A stretch of 64,000 nucleotides of DNA, taken from Candidatus Latescibacterota bacterium. GTDB taxonomy: Bacteria; Latescibacterota; UBA2968; UBA8231. The stretch lies in contig OZ252098.1 of the NCBI GenBank assembly GCA_965248355.1, forward strand, positions 3,584,001 to 3,648,000. Direction: 5' to 3'. Of the stretch, positions 1 to 15,412 are shown piece after piece. The position numbers were made by a program, and so were the translations under genes. Under the pieces are notes generated by a model, which saw only the letters and a program-made list of their open reading frames with translations, ran no database searches and was not told where the DNA came from. Numbering within the stretch: the stretch's first letter is position 1; the number at the start of each line of letters is the position of its first letter.

Positions 1-888
1 GCGGCCCGTGCCTATTCCATGCCCGGCCAGCCTTTCGACGTGAAGGCCGATCCGGAGATGGGCGCGCAAGCCGTGATCGCGGCCATCGAAGGGGGCTGCA
101 CCCTCGTCGACACGGCGCCCCTGTACCTGGCGGCGGAGTCGGAGAGGATGATCGGCGACGCCCTCCGCCAGCGGCCGGATCTGAAGTCGCGGGTCACCGT
201 GACCACGAAGGTGGGCCAGCTCTACGAGGATATCGATCATTCCAGGGACGCCGTGCTGCGGCACGTGGAGGGGAGCCTTCGCCGGCTTGGGCTCGAGCGC
301 TTCGACCTCCTCTACATCCACGACGCCATGGACGTGCCCATGGCCCGGGTCATGGCCGACGACGGCGCCCTCGGGGCGCTGCGCCGGTTGCAGGACGAGG
401 GCGTGGTCACCTGGGTGGGCACGGCATCCAACGTACCGGCCACGAACGTGGAGTACATCGAGACCGGGGCCTTCGACGCCGCAGTGATTCCCGAGTGCTG
501 GAGCCTGCTCAACCAGAGGGCCGCGGAGCGTATCCTCCCGGCGGCGGAGAAGCACGACGTGGGCCTGGTGGGAGCCACGCCCCTGGAGCGCGGCCTCCTG
601 GCCACCGGGCGGGTGCCGGGGCGCAGCTACCTGGCCCGGCGCTTCACCCCCGAGGTGATGGATCACGTCACCCGCATCCAGGGGCTGTGCGCCGATCACG
701 GGGTGGCCATGAACGCCGTGGCCCTGCAGTGGTGCACCCGCCATCCCCAGGTGGCGTCCACCATCCCGGGGGCGCGCACGCCCGCCGAGGCCGAGGCCAA
801 CGCCGAGGCCGGCTCCGCCCCGATTCCGGAGGCCCTCTGGCAGGATCTGGAGCCGCTCGTCCGGCACTGGCCCGTGAGCGAGGTGTGA
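1..888 (+). CDS. Aldo/keto reductase (5' end probably outside the window)
   Basis: DTAPLY, VTTKVG, SLRRLG..DLLYIHD, ALQW, TIPGART motifs; the frame is open from base 1 and the usual AKR N-terminus is missing. Confidence 0.9.
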   Translation, partial: AARAYSMPGQPFDVKADPEMGAQAVIAAIEGGCTLVDTAPLYLAAESERMIGDALRQRPDLKSRVTVTTKVGQLYEDIDHSRDAVLRHVEGSLRRLGLERFDLLYIHDAMDVPMARVMADDGALGALRRLQDEGVVTWVGTASNVPATNVEYIETGAFDAAVIPECWSLLNQRAAERILPAAEKHDVGLVGATPLERGLLATGRVPGRSYLARRFTPEVMDHVTRIQGLCADHGVAMNAVALQWCTRHPQVASTIPGARTPAEAEANAEAGSAPIPEALWQDLEPLVRHWPVSEV

Positions 889-966
889 ACCGGCGGGGCC
901 GATCTCCGGCCCCCGGACTTCCCGAACCCCGGCGGCTCAAGAGCCGCCAACCTCGAGGAGGGCGAC

Positions 967-1272
967 ATGGCGGTGCGAATCGACGCTAAGAGCACGAGGC
1001 TGTCCGAGTCGACGAAGGAGCACATCGAGGGGGTCTGCGCCAAGTTCGACCAGTTCTTCGACCGCATCGTCGACACCGAGGTCATCCTCGACCTGCAGGA
1101 CAAGCACAGGCACGCCACCTCGGTGGAGATCATCGTCAAGGTCCCGAACCAGCGGATCGTGGGCAAGGGGGAGACGGCGGACAACAATCTCTTCAAGGCC
1201 GTCGACGATGCCGCCCACCGGGTGGAGTCGCAGCTCAGGAAGTACCACGACAAGCTCGTAACGCACCGCTGA
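967..1272 (+). CDS. hpf: Ribosome hibernation promoting factor, short HPF/RaiA (S30AE) family
   Basis: 101 aa; ends NLFKAVDDAAHRVESQLRKYHDKL; RBS GAGGAGG upstream. Confidence 0.88.
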   Translation: MAVRIDAKSTRLSESTKEHIEGVCAKFDQFFDRIVDTEVILDLQDKHRHATSVEIIVKVPNQRIVGKGETADNNLFKAVDDAAHRVESQLRKYHDKLVTHR

Positions 1273-1397
1273 CGGACCGGCCGGGTCCGCAGGCAGGGGG
1301 CGCGCCAGGTGGGGCCGACCCTCTGGATCCTCAGCGCCCTGTTCGTCATTCGCTATCTCTTCGCCTGACAGCGGAGGGGCTCGGGGGGATGCGCCCC

Positions 1398-1973
1398 TCA
1401 CCCCACGAAGATGGCCTCGTCCGGCCAGTCGGCGGCCAGCTGGGCTCCGTCCATGTTGACCGTTGGCAGGTAGTTGTGCTCGCGGCGGATCAGCCCGAGG
1501 ACGCGCATGGTCCGCACCTCCTGGATGCAGTCCTCTCCGTGGTTGTTCCGGATCGAGGGGATGATCTGGGCCTGGAGGCTGTCGGTCACGTCGGAATCCG
1601 AAGCTCCCTCGACGACCATGACCAGGGCGATGTGACCGTCGGTCTCGGCCAGGTAGCTGTCGCGGATGAGCTCGGAGAACACGTTGGCCACGTTGGGCTC
1701 CTCGCGGATCTCCCGCTCGACCTGGGCCCGGGTCACGCCCAGCCGGAACTTGATGATGACCATGTGCTGGGTGGTGCCCCCGGCGCCCTGGGAACGCTCC
1801 CTGTCGATGGCGGCGTAGTACTTCAGGATCCCCTGCTCCTCCAGCCGCTGACGCTTGCGGCGCACCGAGCGCACCGGGACTCCGGTCTCCCTGGCGATGC
1901 GGTTTTCCGGGGCGCGGGGACTGCGGATCAGGGCACGGAGGATGCTGCGCTCCTGATCGTCGAGATCATGCAT
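1398..1973 (-). CDS. Lrp/AsnC-type HTH transcriptional regulator
   Basis: N-terminal LDDQERSILRALIRSPR..IARETGV..SVRRKRQRLEEQGILKYY matches the AsnC HTH; divergent from gltB. Confidence 0.8.
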   Translation of the reverse strand: MHDLDDQERSILRALIRSPRAPENRIARETGVPVRSVRRKRQRLEEQGILKYYAAIDRERSQGAGGTTQHMVIIKFRLGVTRAQVEREIREEPNVANVFSELIRDSYLAETDGHIALVMVVEGASDSDVTDSLQAQIIPSIRNNHGEDCIQEVRTMRVLGLIRREHNYLPTVNMDGAQLAADWPDEAIFVG

Positions 1974-2081
1974 GGCCGCATTTATGCCTCCGAAAGGGTT
2001 CCAGTGTCAATTTAGGCCATTTGTCCGGGTATGGATAGGCCTATACAAGCGCTTCAGGCCCGAATCCTGGCAGTCGTTTCG

Positions 2082-2110
2082 TTGACATTTTCTCCTCCCC
2101 GTTCTATAGT
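2082..2110 (+). promoter_or_regulatory. Sigma70-type promoter of gltBD
   Basis: TTGACA(2082-2087)-N17-TATAGT(2105-2110). Confidence 0.75.
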
Positions 2111-2183
2111 TAGTCGCTCACTTGTGATTCGACGCGAGGTTCAGCGCCCTCCTCACCCCTGGGCGCCTCCCCAAAGGATCCCC

Positions 2184-6785
<4,602 letters not shown>

Positions 6786-6803
6786 CGAGAGAGATCCCGG
6801 TCC

Positions 6804-8294
6804 ATGGCCAAACCCACCGGATTCATGGAGTTCGAGCGCGAGCTGCCCGCCGAGCGCGACCCCGTGGAGCGCCTGCAGGACTTCGACGAGTTCCACCGGC
6901 ACCTCAGCGACGAGCGCATGCGCGACCAGGGGGCCCGGTGCATGGACTGCGGGATCCCCTTCTGCCACACGGGGACCACCCTGCCGGAGGACTCGCCCTT
7001 CGCCTCGGGCTGTCCCATCAACAACCTGATCCCGGAGTGGAACGACCTCGTCTACCGGGGGATGTGGCAGGAGGCGCTCGAGCGCCTGCACAAGACCAAC
7101 AACTTCCCCGAGTTCACCGGGCGGGTCTGTCCGGCCCCTTGCGAGGGCTCGTGCGTGCTGGGGATCAACGAGCCGGCCGTGACGATCAAGAACATCGAGG
7201 TCTCCATCATCGACAAGGCCTGGGACGAGGGCTGGGTGGTGCCGGAGCCCCCGGACCGGCGCACGGGGAAGCGGGTGGCCGTCGTCGGCTCCGGTCCCGC
7301 GGGGCTCTGCTGCGCCATGCAGCTGAACCGCGCCGGCCACCGCGTGACCGTGTACGAGCGCTCCGACCGGGCCGGCGGCCTGCTGATGTACGGCATCCCC
7401 AACATGAAGCTGGACAAGCGCCTCGTGCAGCGCCGGGTCGACCAGATGGCCGCCGAGGGCGTGACCTTCGTGACCAACACCGAGGTCGGTGTCGACCTGG
7501 AGGTGCAACAGCTCGTGGACGCCTTCGACGCCGCGGTGCTGTGCACGGGGGCGCTGAAACCGCGCGACCTCGATGTGCCGGGCCGCGGGCTTCGGGGGGT
7601 GCATCAGGCCCTGGACTACCTGCACGTCAACACCAAGTCCCTCCTCGACTCGGGGCTCGAGGACGGGGACTACATCTCGGCGAAGGACAGGAACGTGATC
7701 GTCCTCGGGGGCGGCGACACCGGCACCGACTGCGTCGGCACGGCCCTGCGCCACGGGTGCCGGAGCCTCTTCCAGTTCGACATCATCCCGGCCCCGCCGG
7801 ACGAGCGCACCACCGGCAACCCCTGGCCGGAGTGGCCCAAGGTCTACAAACTCGACTACGGCCAGGAAGAGGCCGCCGCCCTGTACGGCGACGACCCCCG
7901 GGAGTACCTGCTGAGCACGGTGGAGTTCCTCGACGACGGCGGCGGCCACCTCCGCGGCCTGGTGACCCGCGCGGTGGAGTGGGTACCGGCCGGGGACGGT
8001 CCTCCCTTCCGGGAAGTGCCCGGCACCGAGAAGGAGTGGCCGGCGGAGCTGGTGCTGCTGTCCATGGGCTGGCTGGGTCCGCAGGATACCCTGCCCGACG
8101 CCCTGGCCCTGGTGCGGGACCGCCGCTCGAACGTCCAGGCGGAGGAGGGCAAGTACGCCACCAGCATCCCCGGCGTCTTCGCCGCCGGCGACGTGCGCCG
8201 CGGCATGAGCCTGGTGGTCTGGGCCTTCAAGGAGGGGCGCGAGGCCGCCCGCGAGTGCGACCGCTACCTGATGGGCACCACGAGCCTGCCCTGA
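6804..8294 (+). CDS. gltD: Glutamate synthase small subunit
   Basis: [53 protein letters not shown]. Confidence 0.97.
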   Translation: MAKPTGFMEFERELPAERDPVERLQDFDEFHRHLSDERMRDQGARCMDCGIPFCHTGTTLPEDSPFASGCPINNLIPEWNDLVYRGMWQEALERLHKTNNFPEFTGRVCPAPCEGSCVLGINEPAVTIKNIEVSIIDKAWDEGWVVPEPPDRRTGKRVAVVGSGPAGLCCAMQLNRAGHRVTVYERSDRAGGLLMYGIPNMKLDKRLVQRRVDQMAAEGVTFVTNTEVGVDLEVQQLVDAFDAAVLCTGALKPRDLDVPGRGLRGVHQALDYLHVNTKSLLDSGLEDGDYISAKDRNVIVLGGGDTGTDCVGTALRHGCRSLFQFDIIPAPPDERTTGNPWPEWPKVYKLDYGQEEAAALYGDDPREYLLSTVEFLDDGGGHLRGLVTRAVEWVPAGDGPPFREVPGTEKEWPAELVLLSMGWLGPQDTLPDALALVRDRRSNVQAEEGKYATSIPGVFAAGDVRRGMSLVVWAFKEGREAARECDRYLMGTTSLP

Positions 8295-8312
8295 GGGCCT
8301 CTCCCAATTCTC

Positions 8313-8756
<444 letters not shown>

Positions 8757-8785
8757 GCCCCGCCCGGCCCCACGCGGGCCCGTTC

Positions 8786-8861
8786 CGTAACATGGTTCAC
8801 CGCAGGCCCCCCGGGATCCTCCCGTTGACGGTTTGGGATCCTCTGGTTAACATCGTTCACC
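8786..8861 (+). promoter_or_regulatory. Promoter and two putative TetR operators of the efflux operon
   Basis: TTGACG(8825-8830)-N17-TAACAT(8848-8853); repeats TAACATGGTTCACC (8788-8801) and TAACATCGTTCACC (8848-8861); the second lies within the imperfect palindrome GTTAAC-N3-GTTCAC that overlaps the -10. Confidence 0.75.
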
Positions 8862-8862
8862 C

Positions 8863-10935
8863 ATGGACCGAACGGATATTCTCACCCGGGCCTGCGAGCT
8901 CTATCTGGAGGGCGGCGCCGAAGCCGTCTCCATGCGCCGGTTGGCCCGCGATCTCGGGGTCACCGCCCCGGCCCTCTACCGTCACTACGACAGCCGCGAG
9001 GAGATGCTCCTCGACGTCGTCGCCGAGGCCTACCGGCGGCTGAGCGAGCGGCTCTACGGCGCCCTCTCCGGCCGCACCCCCGCCGAGCGGCTCTACCTGG
9101 CCGGCCAGGCCTATCTCGATTTCGCCCTCGATCAGCCGAAGTACTATGAGATGCTCTACACGCCCGCCCACACCCTCGGGGCGGAAGAACTCCCCGATCA
9201 GGTGACGGAGCAGGTCGCCAGCGTCGGCCGGTTCTTCAACGACCGCGTGCGCGAGTGCATCGACGCCGGCCTCTTCCAGCCCCTCGACCCCGCCGACGTG
9301 TCCGGCACCCTGTGGGCCCACGCCCACGGCCTGATCTCCATCTACCTGCGCGGCTGTCTGGACATGGAGGCCGACGAGTTCCGCCGCCACTACGGGGCCT
9401 CGAGCCGGCGGGCGATCACCGGCATGGCCACCCCCGCCTACGAGGTTGAGATGGACCGCGCCATCGAGGACCTCTCCCGGGCGGAGGCCCGCCGGGAATC
9501 CGGGGGCAAGGGCCGCCTGCGCTCCCAGGCCGCGACCTGGCTGACCTGGGTGCTGACGGCTTTCGGCGGCGCCCCTGTGGCCGCGGAGACCACACCCGGC
9601 CAGGAGTTGGTCCTGAGCATCGACGAGGCCGTGAATCTGGCCCTGGACCGCGGCCGGGCGCTGACGGAGGCGCGCCTGCTCCTGACCGAGGCCGAGGAGC
9701 GGGTCTCCGAGGCCTGGGGAGAGGTCTTTCCGCGCCTCGACTTCTCCGCCAGCTACGTGCGCAACATCTCGCCGCCCGTCTCCTTCGTGCCGGCGAGAAT
9801 CTTCAATCCCGCGGCCCCGGAAGGTGAGTTCCTCTCCCTGGAGTTCGGGGCCGACAACAGCTGGCAGAGCGCCCTCACCTTGCGGCAGCCCCTGTTCGAC
9901 CCGAAGGCCCTGGTCGGCCTCGGTGCGGCCGAAAACTACCGGCGCCTCCAGCGGGAGATGGTCCGCGGCCACTCCCAGCAGGTGGCCACACGGGTGCGCC
10001 TCCTCTGCTACGACCTGCTGCTGCGCGGCGAGGAGGTGCGCCTCATCGAGCGCTCCCTGGATCGCCTGCGGCAGGCCCTCGAGGAGACGCGCGCGCGGGC
10101 CCGGGCGGGCCTGGCCTCCGACTACGACGTGCTGCGGCTCGAGGTCGAGCTGGCCACCCTCGAGCCGCGCCTGCTGCTCGCCGGCAACGCCAGGGCTTCG
10201 GGGCGCCGCCGGCTGGGTCTGGAGCTGGCCGTCGACGACCCCGGACGCCTGCGGTTGTCCGAGAGGGGAACCCTCACCACGGCCAGGCCCGGCCTCGAGC
10301 TTCCGGCCGGAGATCTCGTGCAGACGGCGCTGGCCCGCCGCTCCGACGTGCGCCAGCTCGAGCAGAACGCCGCGCTGCGCCGGAGACTCCTGCGGCGGGA
10401 GCAGGCGGAGTACCTGCCCAGGGTTTCCCTGTTCGCCACGTGGGACGTGCAGGCGCAGCAGGACGGAAGACCCGACTTCTTCGGCAGCGCCAACAACCGC
10501 GCCACCAGCAAGATCGCCGGCCTGTCCGTGGAGCTGCCCCTGTTCAGCGGCCTGCAGCGGGACGCCCGCATCGATCGGGAGCGGGCCGTCCTGCGCCAGG
10601 GCCAGGTGCGGGCGCAGATGGCGCGGGACGAGGCGGCGGTCCAGGTCCAGGACCTGAAGGAGGCCCTGGCCGAGGCCGCCCAGCGCGAGGGCGGCCAGCG
10701 CCTCGCCGTGTCCCAGGCGCGGCGGGGATTCGAGATCGCCAGCGCCCGCTACCGCGAGGGTCTCGGCAGCCGGCTCGATGTGACCGACGCCGAGGTCGCC
10801 CTGCGGCAGAGTGAGTTCAACATGGCCCAGGCGGCCCACGACCGGCTCGCCAGGCGGGCCCAGCTCGACCTCGCCATCGGCCGGGTGCCTCCCGTCGACG
10901 GCGAGGCCGCAACCGATTCGGAGGAGATGGAGTGA
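8863..10935 (+). CDS. TetR-family regulator fused in frame to a TolC-family outer membrane efflux protein
   Basis: aa 1-~195 TetR (VSMRRLARDLGVTAPALYRHY; LWAHAHGL); aa ~245-690 TolC/OEP (LSIDEAVNLAL, YLPRVSL, LSVELPLFSG, ARYREGLGSRLDVTDAE, QLDLAIG); no stop between the two. Confidence 0.85.
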   Translation: MDRTDILTRACELYLEGGAEAVSMRRLARDLGVTAPALYRHYDSREEMLLDVVAEAYRRLSERLYGALSGRTPAERLYLAGQAYLDFALDQPKYYEMLYTPAHTLGAEELPDQVTEQVASVGRFFNDRVRECIDAGLFQPLDPADVSGTLWAHAHGLISIYLRGCLDMEADEFRRHYGASSRRAITGMATPAYEVEMDRAIEDLSRAEARRESGGKGRLRSQAATWLTWVLTAFGGAPVAAETTPGQELVLSIDEAVNLALDRGRALTEARLLLTEAEERVSEAWGEVFPRLDFSASYVRNISPPVSFVPARIFNPAAPEGEFLSLEFGADNSWQSALTLRQPLFDPKALVGLGAAENYRRLQREMVRGHSQQVATRVRLLCYDLLLRGEEVRLIERSLDRLRQALEETRARARAGLASDYDVLRLEVELATLEPRLLLAGNARASGRRRLGLELAVDDPGRLRLSERGTLTTARPGLELPAGDLVQTALARRSDVRQLEQNAALRRRLLRREQAEYLPRVSLFATWDVQAQQDGRPDFFGSANNRATSKIAGLSVELPLFSGLQRDARIDRERAVLRQGQVRAQMARDEAAVQVQDLKEALAEAAQREGGQRLAVSQARRGFEIASARYREGLGSRLDVTDAEVALRQSEFNMAQAAHDRLARRAQLDLAIGRVPPVDGEAATDSEEME

Positions 10936-12014
10936 GCAAGCCCTTCCACCCAGCGCGCCTCATCCAGGGCGCCCCCCTCCTCGCAACCGCGGCTCTGTTC
11001 CTGGGCGGCTGCGGCGGCGAGTCCGAGGCCCTCGACGAGGCGCCGGCCGCCGACACGCACCGCATCATCAACGTCGAGGTCATGACCCTGACCCCGCGGA
11101 CCTTCACCGACAGGATCCGTCTCACCGGCACGGTCCGCGCCGACCGCGAGGTGACGGTGAGCACCGAGGAAGGCGGCACCGTGGCGGCGATCCTGGCCGA
11201 CAAGGGCGAGAGGGTGCGCCGTGGGCAGGCCCTGGTGCGGCTGGACGACGAGTTGCTGCGCGCCCAGCGCGACGAGGCCGAGGCCCAGGCGGCCCTGGCG
11301 GCGGATCTGTGGGGGCGCAAGAAGCGGCTTTTCGAAGAGGAACGCATCGGCACCGAGGGGGACTACCTCGAGGCCCGCTACACCGCCGAGCAGACCCGGG
11401 CCCGTCTCGACCTGATCCAAGCGCGGCTCCGGCGCACCGTCGTGCGGGCGCCCTTCGACGGCCTCCTCGACCAGCGCCTGCTGGAGGTCGGCTCGGTCAT
11501 CGCCCCGGGCCAGGCGGTGGGCCGCATCCTCGACCTGGAGCCGCTGAGGGTGACCACCGGCGTTCCCGAGCGCTACGCGGCCAAAGTGGCCCCCGGCGAC
11601 CAGGCGGTCGTCGCCTTCGCCGCCCTCGCGGACACCTGCGGGGCCACGGTGACCTACGTGGGGGCCGCCGTCGACGGCCGCCATCGCACCTTTCTCGTCG
11701 AGCTCGACCTCGAGCGTCCGGTGGCCGGGGCCAAGCCGGCCATGGTCGCCGAGGTGACCCTCGACCTCGAGGTCCATCCGCAGGCCATCATGGTGCCCCA
11801 CGAGGCCCTGGTGCGCACCGAGGAAGGCTTCACCGCCTTCGTCGCCGCCGGCGGAGAGGAGGGCCCCGTGGCCCGGGCGCGCCCGGTCACTCTCGGCGCC
11901 TCCGGCGGCGACCAGGTGGTGGCCACCTCCGGACTGGAGCCCGCGGACCGCCTCATCGTCGTCGGCCAGCAGCAGGTGGCGGACGGCGACCGCCTGCGCA
12001 TCGTCACCAGATGA
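10932..12014 (+). CDS. RND efflux periplasmic adaptor (MFP), lipoprotein
   Basis: Lipobox LFLGGC; GTVAAILADKGERVRRGQALVRLD; VVRAPFDG; GLEPADRLIVVGQ; GTGA overlap with the upstream gene. Confidence 0.93.
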   Translation: MSKPFHPARLIQGAPLLATAALFLGGCGGESEALDEAPAADTHRIINVEVMTLTPRTFTDRIRLTGTVRADREVTVSTEEGGTVAAILADKGERVRRGQALVRLDDELLRAQRDEAEAQAALAADLWGRKKRLFEEERIGTEGDYLEARYTAEQTRARLDLIQARLRRTVVRAPFDGLLDQRLLEVGSVIAPGQAVGRILDLEPLRVTTGVPERYAAKVAPGDQAVVAFAALADTCGATVTYVGAAVDGRHRTFLVELDLERPVAGAKPAMVAEVTLDLEVHPQAIMVPHEALVRTEEGFTAFVAAGGEEGPVARARPVTLGASGGDQVVATSGLEPADRLIVVGQQQVADGDRLRIVTR

Positions 12015-15000
12015 CCGATCGTCCCGGCGGCCTCGACGCCTTCAAGGAGTTGCCCGTCACCTCGTGGGCGGTGCGTCACGGCACCAGCATGCTGATGCTG
12101 TTCGCCATCATCGCCCTGGCCGGGGTCCTGGCCTACCGCAGCGTCCCCAAGGAATCCTTCCCCGAGATCGAGATCCCCGTTGTCGCGGTGAACACCATCT
12201 ACCCGGGGGTGTCGCCCAGGGACATGGAGTCCCTGGTGACGCGGGTGATGGAGCAGGAGCTGAGGACCCTCCCGGACCTGAAGGAGCTGACCTCCACCTC
12301 CGTCGAGGGCTATTCGAGCGTGGTGGCCGAGTTCAGCACCGAGGTCGATCTCCAGGAGGCCCTGCGGCAGGTGCGGGAGAAGGTCGACCTGGCCAAGGGC
12401 GAGCTCCCCGCCGACGCCGAGGAGCCCCGGATCTTCGAGTTCGACTTCCAGGACGTTCCGATCCTGCAGGTGAACCTGTCCGGACTGTACGGGCTGGTTC
12501 GCCTCAAGCAGGTTGGCGAGGAGCTGGAGGACCGCCTCGAGCAGATCCCGTCGGTGCTGCGAGTCGACTTGCGGGGGGGCCGCGAGCGCGAGGTCCAGAT
12601 CGACGTGTCCCTGCCGCGCCTGCTCTACTACGGCCTGACCCTGAAGGACGTGGTCGAGACGGTGCGCAACGAGAACGTCAACATCCCCGGCGGCTCGATC
12701 GACGTGGGCGAGCTGAAGTTCCTGGTCCGCGTCGACGGCGAGATCGACGACCCCCTGGCGATCGGCGACCTCGTGGTGGACGCGCCGGAGGGCCGCCCGG
12801 TGTACGTGCGCGACGTGGCCGACGTCGACTTCGGCTTCGCCGAGCGCCAGAGCTACGCCCGCCTCGACGGCCGGCCGGTGGTGACCCTCGACGTGATCAA
12901 GCGCACGGGCGAGAACATCATCGAGACCTCCGACGCGGTGCACGCCGCGATCGCCGGGATGGAGGCCGAGTTCCCTCCCGGCACCGTGGTGAAGACCACC
13001 TCGGACATGTCCCGGGACATCCGCATGATGGTCAGCAGCCTGGAGAACAACATCCTCTCCGGCCTGCTGCTGATCGTGGCCGTCCTCCTGTTCTTCCTCG
13101 GCGTGCGCACCTCGGTCTTCGTGGGCCTCGCCATCCCCACGTCGATGCTGCTCTCCTTCCTCGTTCTCGGGCTGCTCGGCGTGACCATGAACATGGTGGT
13201 CCTGTTCTCGCTGATCCTGGCCCTCGGCATGCTGGTGGACAACGCCATCGTGATCGTGGAGAACACCTACCGCTACGTGGAGGAGGGCTGGGACCGGGCC
13301 GTGGCCGCCCGCAAGGCCACGGGCGAGGTGGCCCTGCCCGTCATCGCCTCGACCCTCACGACCGTGGCCGCCTTCGGTCCGCTCCTGTTCTGGCCCGGCA
13401 TCGTCGGGGAGTTCATGAAATACCTGCCCACGACGCTGATCGTGACCCTCTCCAGCTCCCTCTTCGTGGCTCTCGTGATCGTCCCGGTGCTGTGCAGCCG
13501 GTGGCTGCGGGTGGAGGGAGACCGCGGCCACAGGCTGCCGTCGACCGGGCGCTGGGTCCTGACCGGCCTGGCCCTGGCGGCCGCCGCCGGGCTGGCCGCG
13601 GTCAACGCCGTGACCCTGGCCCTTCTGGCGGGCACGGCCCTGGCCGCCCTGCTTGCCCACCGATGGATCCTCGGTCCCCTGGCCCGGCGGTTCCAGGGGA
13701 CGGGCTTGCCATGGCTCCTCGACCGTTACGAGGGGGCCCTGGGCTGGGCCCTCGGCCACCGCCTCATCGTCGTGGCGGGATCCTTCGCCGTGCTGGTGGC
13801 CACGGCCGCCGCCTTCTCCAAGTTCAACCACGGCATCGAGTTCTTCCCCGAGGACATCCCGCCGCGGCAGGTCTGGGTCGACGTGGAGACCCCGGTGGGC
13901 ACGCGCGTCGAGTTCCTCGACGGCATCGCCCGCGAGCTGGAGCTGCAGGTGCGGGACGTGGAGGGCTTCGAAGACGCCGAATCGGAGGTGACCACGGTAG
14001 GCGCCGGCGGCAACCCGCTCATGGGCGGCACCCGGGGAGCCAACAACGCCCGCCTCATGGTGAACTTCGCCGACTACCAGGAGCGGCGGTTCGACACCTT
14101 CCTGACCCTGGCCCGCATGCAGCAGGGGGTGGGGCGCGAGATCGCCGGCGCCGAGATCTCCGTGGACATGCCGGTGGACGGGCCGCCCCAGGGAGCGCCC
14201 GTGAACATCGAGATCGTCGGCAGGGATCCCACGGTGCTCAAGGACCTGTCCGATCGCGTCCTGCAAGTCCTGAGGAACGCTCCCGTGGGCCAGAAGCTCA
14301 GCGGCCTGGAGAGCGATCTCGACGAGGCCCGCCCCGAGCTGGCCGTCCACGTGGACCGCGAGAAGGCCGCCCTCTACGGCTTGTCGACGGCGCAGGTGGC
14401 CGGCGTCGTGCGCACCGCCATCCAGGGCACGGAGGCGAGCCGGTACCGCACCGGCAACGACGAGTACGACGTCGTCGTCCGTCTCGCCGAGCCGTGGCGG
14501 CGCGATCTGGAGTCCCTGCGCGACCTGGTTCTGGAGAACGATCCGGGCGAGCAGATCCCGCTGGTCTCCGTGGCCGACTGGACGGTGGGGGAGGGGCTCG
14601 GCTCGATCCGCCGCAAGGACATGGACCGCATGGCCACGATCAGCTCGGACGTGCGCGCCGGACTCAACAAGAACGCCGTGCTCGCCGAGGTGAAGCAGAG
14701 CCTGGAGCCCTTCGTCGAGCAGGAGCTGCCGCCGGGTTACAAGGTGCGGTACACCGGCCAGTCGGAGGACCAGGCCGAGGCCGAGGGCTTCCTGACCACG
14801 GCCTTCCTCGCCGCCCTGGGCCTGATCGCCTTCATCCTCGTGACCCAGTTCAACTCGGTGATCAAGCCCGTCATCATCCTCACCTCGGTGATCATGTCCA
14901 CCGCCGGGGTCCTCCTCGGGCTCATGGTCTTCCAGATGCCCTTCGGGATCATCATGACCGGCGTCGGCATCATCTCCCTGGCCGGGATCGTGGTCAACAA

Positions 15001-15412
15001 CGCCATCGTCCTCGTCGACTACATCGACGTACTGCGCCGCCGCGACGGCCTCGAGCGCCAGGCCGCCCTCATCCGGGCCGGGCGCACGCGCCTGCGTCCC
15101 GTCATCCTGACGGCGATCACCACCGCCCTCGGCCTGGTGCCCCTGGCCATCGGCCTCAACTTCGACTTCTTCGGCCTCTACGGCCGCCTCGACCCGGACC
15201 TCTTCTGGGGCGGCGAGCAGGCGGCCTGGTGGGGACCGATGGCGATCGCCGTGATCGTGGGGATCCTCTTCGCCACCTTCCTGACCCTGTTCCTCGTGCC
15301 GGTCATGTACTCGCTCACCGACGACATGGGGCGCTTCCTCGGCCGTCACTTCTCGCCAGGCGGCGGGGAGGTGGAAACGCCTGGGGAAAGCGTCCCGGTT
15401 CCAGGCGGTTGA
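12011..15412 (+). CDS. RND efflux permease (AcrB/AcrD/AcrF family)
   Basis: FPEIEIPVVAVNTIYPG, GMLVDNAIVIVEN, GIVVNNAIVLVD, RLRPVILTAITTALGLVPLA; ATGA overlap. Confidence 0.96.
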   Translation: MTDRPGGLDAFKELPVTSWAVRHGTSMLMLFAIIALAGVLAYRSVPKESFPEIEIPVVAVNTIYPGVSPRDMESLVTRVMEQELRTLPDLKELTSTSVEGYSSVVAEFSTEVDLQEALRQVREKVDLAKGELPADAEEPRIFEFDFQDVPILQVNLSGLYGLVRLKQVGEELEDRLEQIPSVLRVDLRGGREREVQIDVSLPRLLYYGLTLKDVVETVRNENVNIPGGSIDVGELKFLVRVDGEIDDPLAIGDLVVDAPEGRPVYVRDVADVDFGFAERQSYARLDGRPVVTLDVIKRTGENIIETSDAVHAAIAGMEAEFPPGTVVKTTSDMSRDIRMMVSSLENNILSGLLLIVAVLLFFLGVRTSVFVGLAIPTSMLLSFLVLGLLGVTMNMVVLFSLILALGMLVDNAIVIVENTYRYVEEGWDRAVAARKATGEVALPVIASTLTTVAAFGPLLFWPGIVGEFMKYLPTTLIVTLSSSLFVALVIVPVLCSRWLRVEGDRGHRLPSTGRWVLTGLALAAAAGLAAVNAVTLALLAGTALAALLAHRWILGPLARRFQGTGLPWLLDRYEGALGWALGHRLIVVAGSFAVLVATAAAFSKFNHGIEFFPEDIPPRQVWVDVETPVGTRVEFLDGIARELELQVRDVEGFEDAESEVTTVGAGGNPLMGGTRGANNARLMVNFADYQERRFDTFLTLARMQQGVGREIAGAEISVDMPVDGPPQGAPVNIEIVGRDPTVLKDLSDRVLQVLRNAPVGQKLSGLESDLDEARPELAVHVDREKAALYGLSTAQVAGVVRTAIQGTEASRYRTGNDEYDVVVRLAEPWRRDLESLRDLVLENDPGEQIPLVSVADWTVGEGLGSIRRKDMDRMATISSDVRAGLNKNAVLAEVKQSLEPFVEQELPPGYKVRYTGQSEDQAEAEGFLTTAFLAALGLIAFILVTQFNSVIKPVIILTSVIMSTAGVLLGLMVFQMPFGIIMTGVGIISLAGIVVNNAIVLVDYIDVLRRRDGLERQAALIRAGRTRLRPVILTAITTALGLVPLAIGLNFDFFGLYGRLDPDLFWGGEQAAWWGPMAIAVIVGILFATFLTLFLVPVMYSLTDDMGRFLGRHFSPGGGEVETPGESVPVPGG

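Noticed and set aside
895..948. Two GC hairpins upstream of hpf
   Set aside because: No U-tract or known motif; cannot be told apart from ordinary intergenic stems
10811..12010. 400-aa N-terminal extension of the RND permease in the ORF track
   Set aside because: It is an alternate frame of the MFP gene; the real start is the ATGA overlap at 12011
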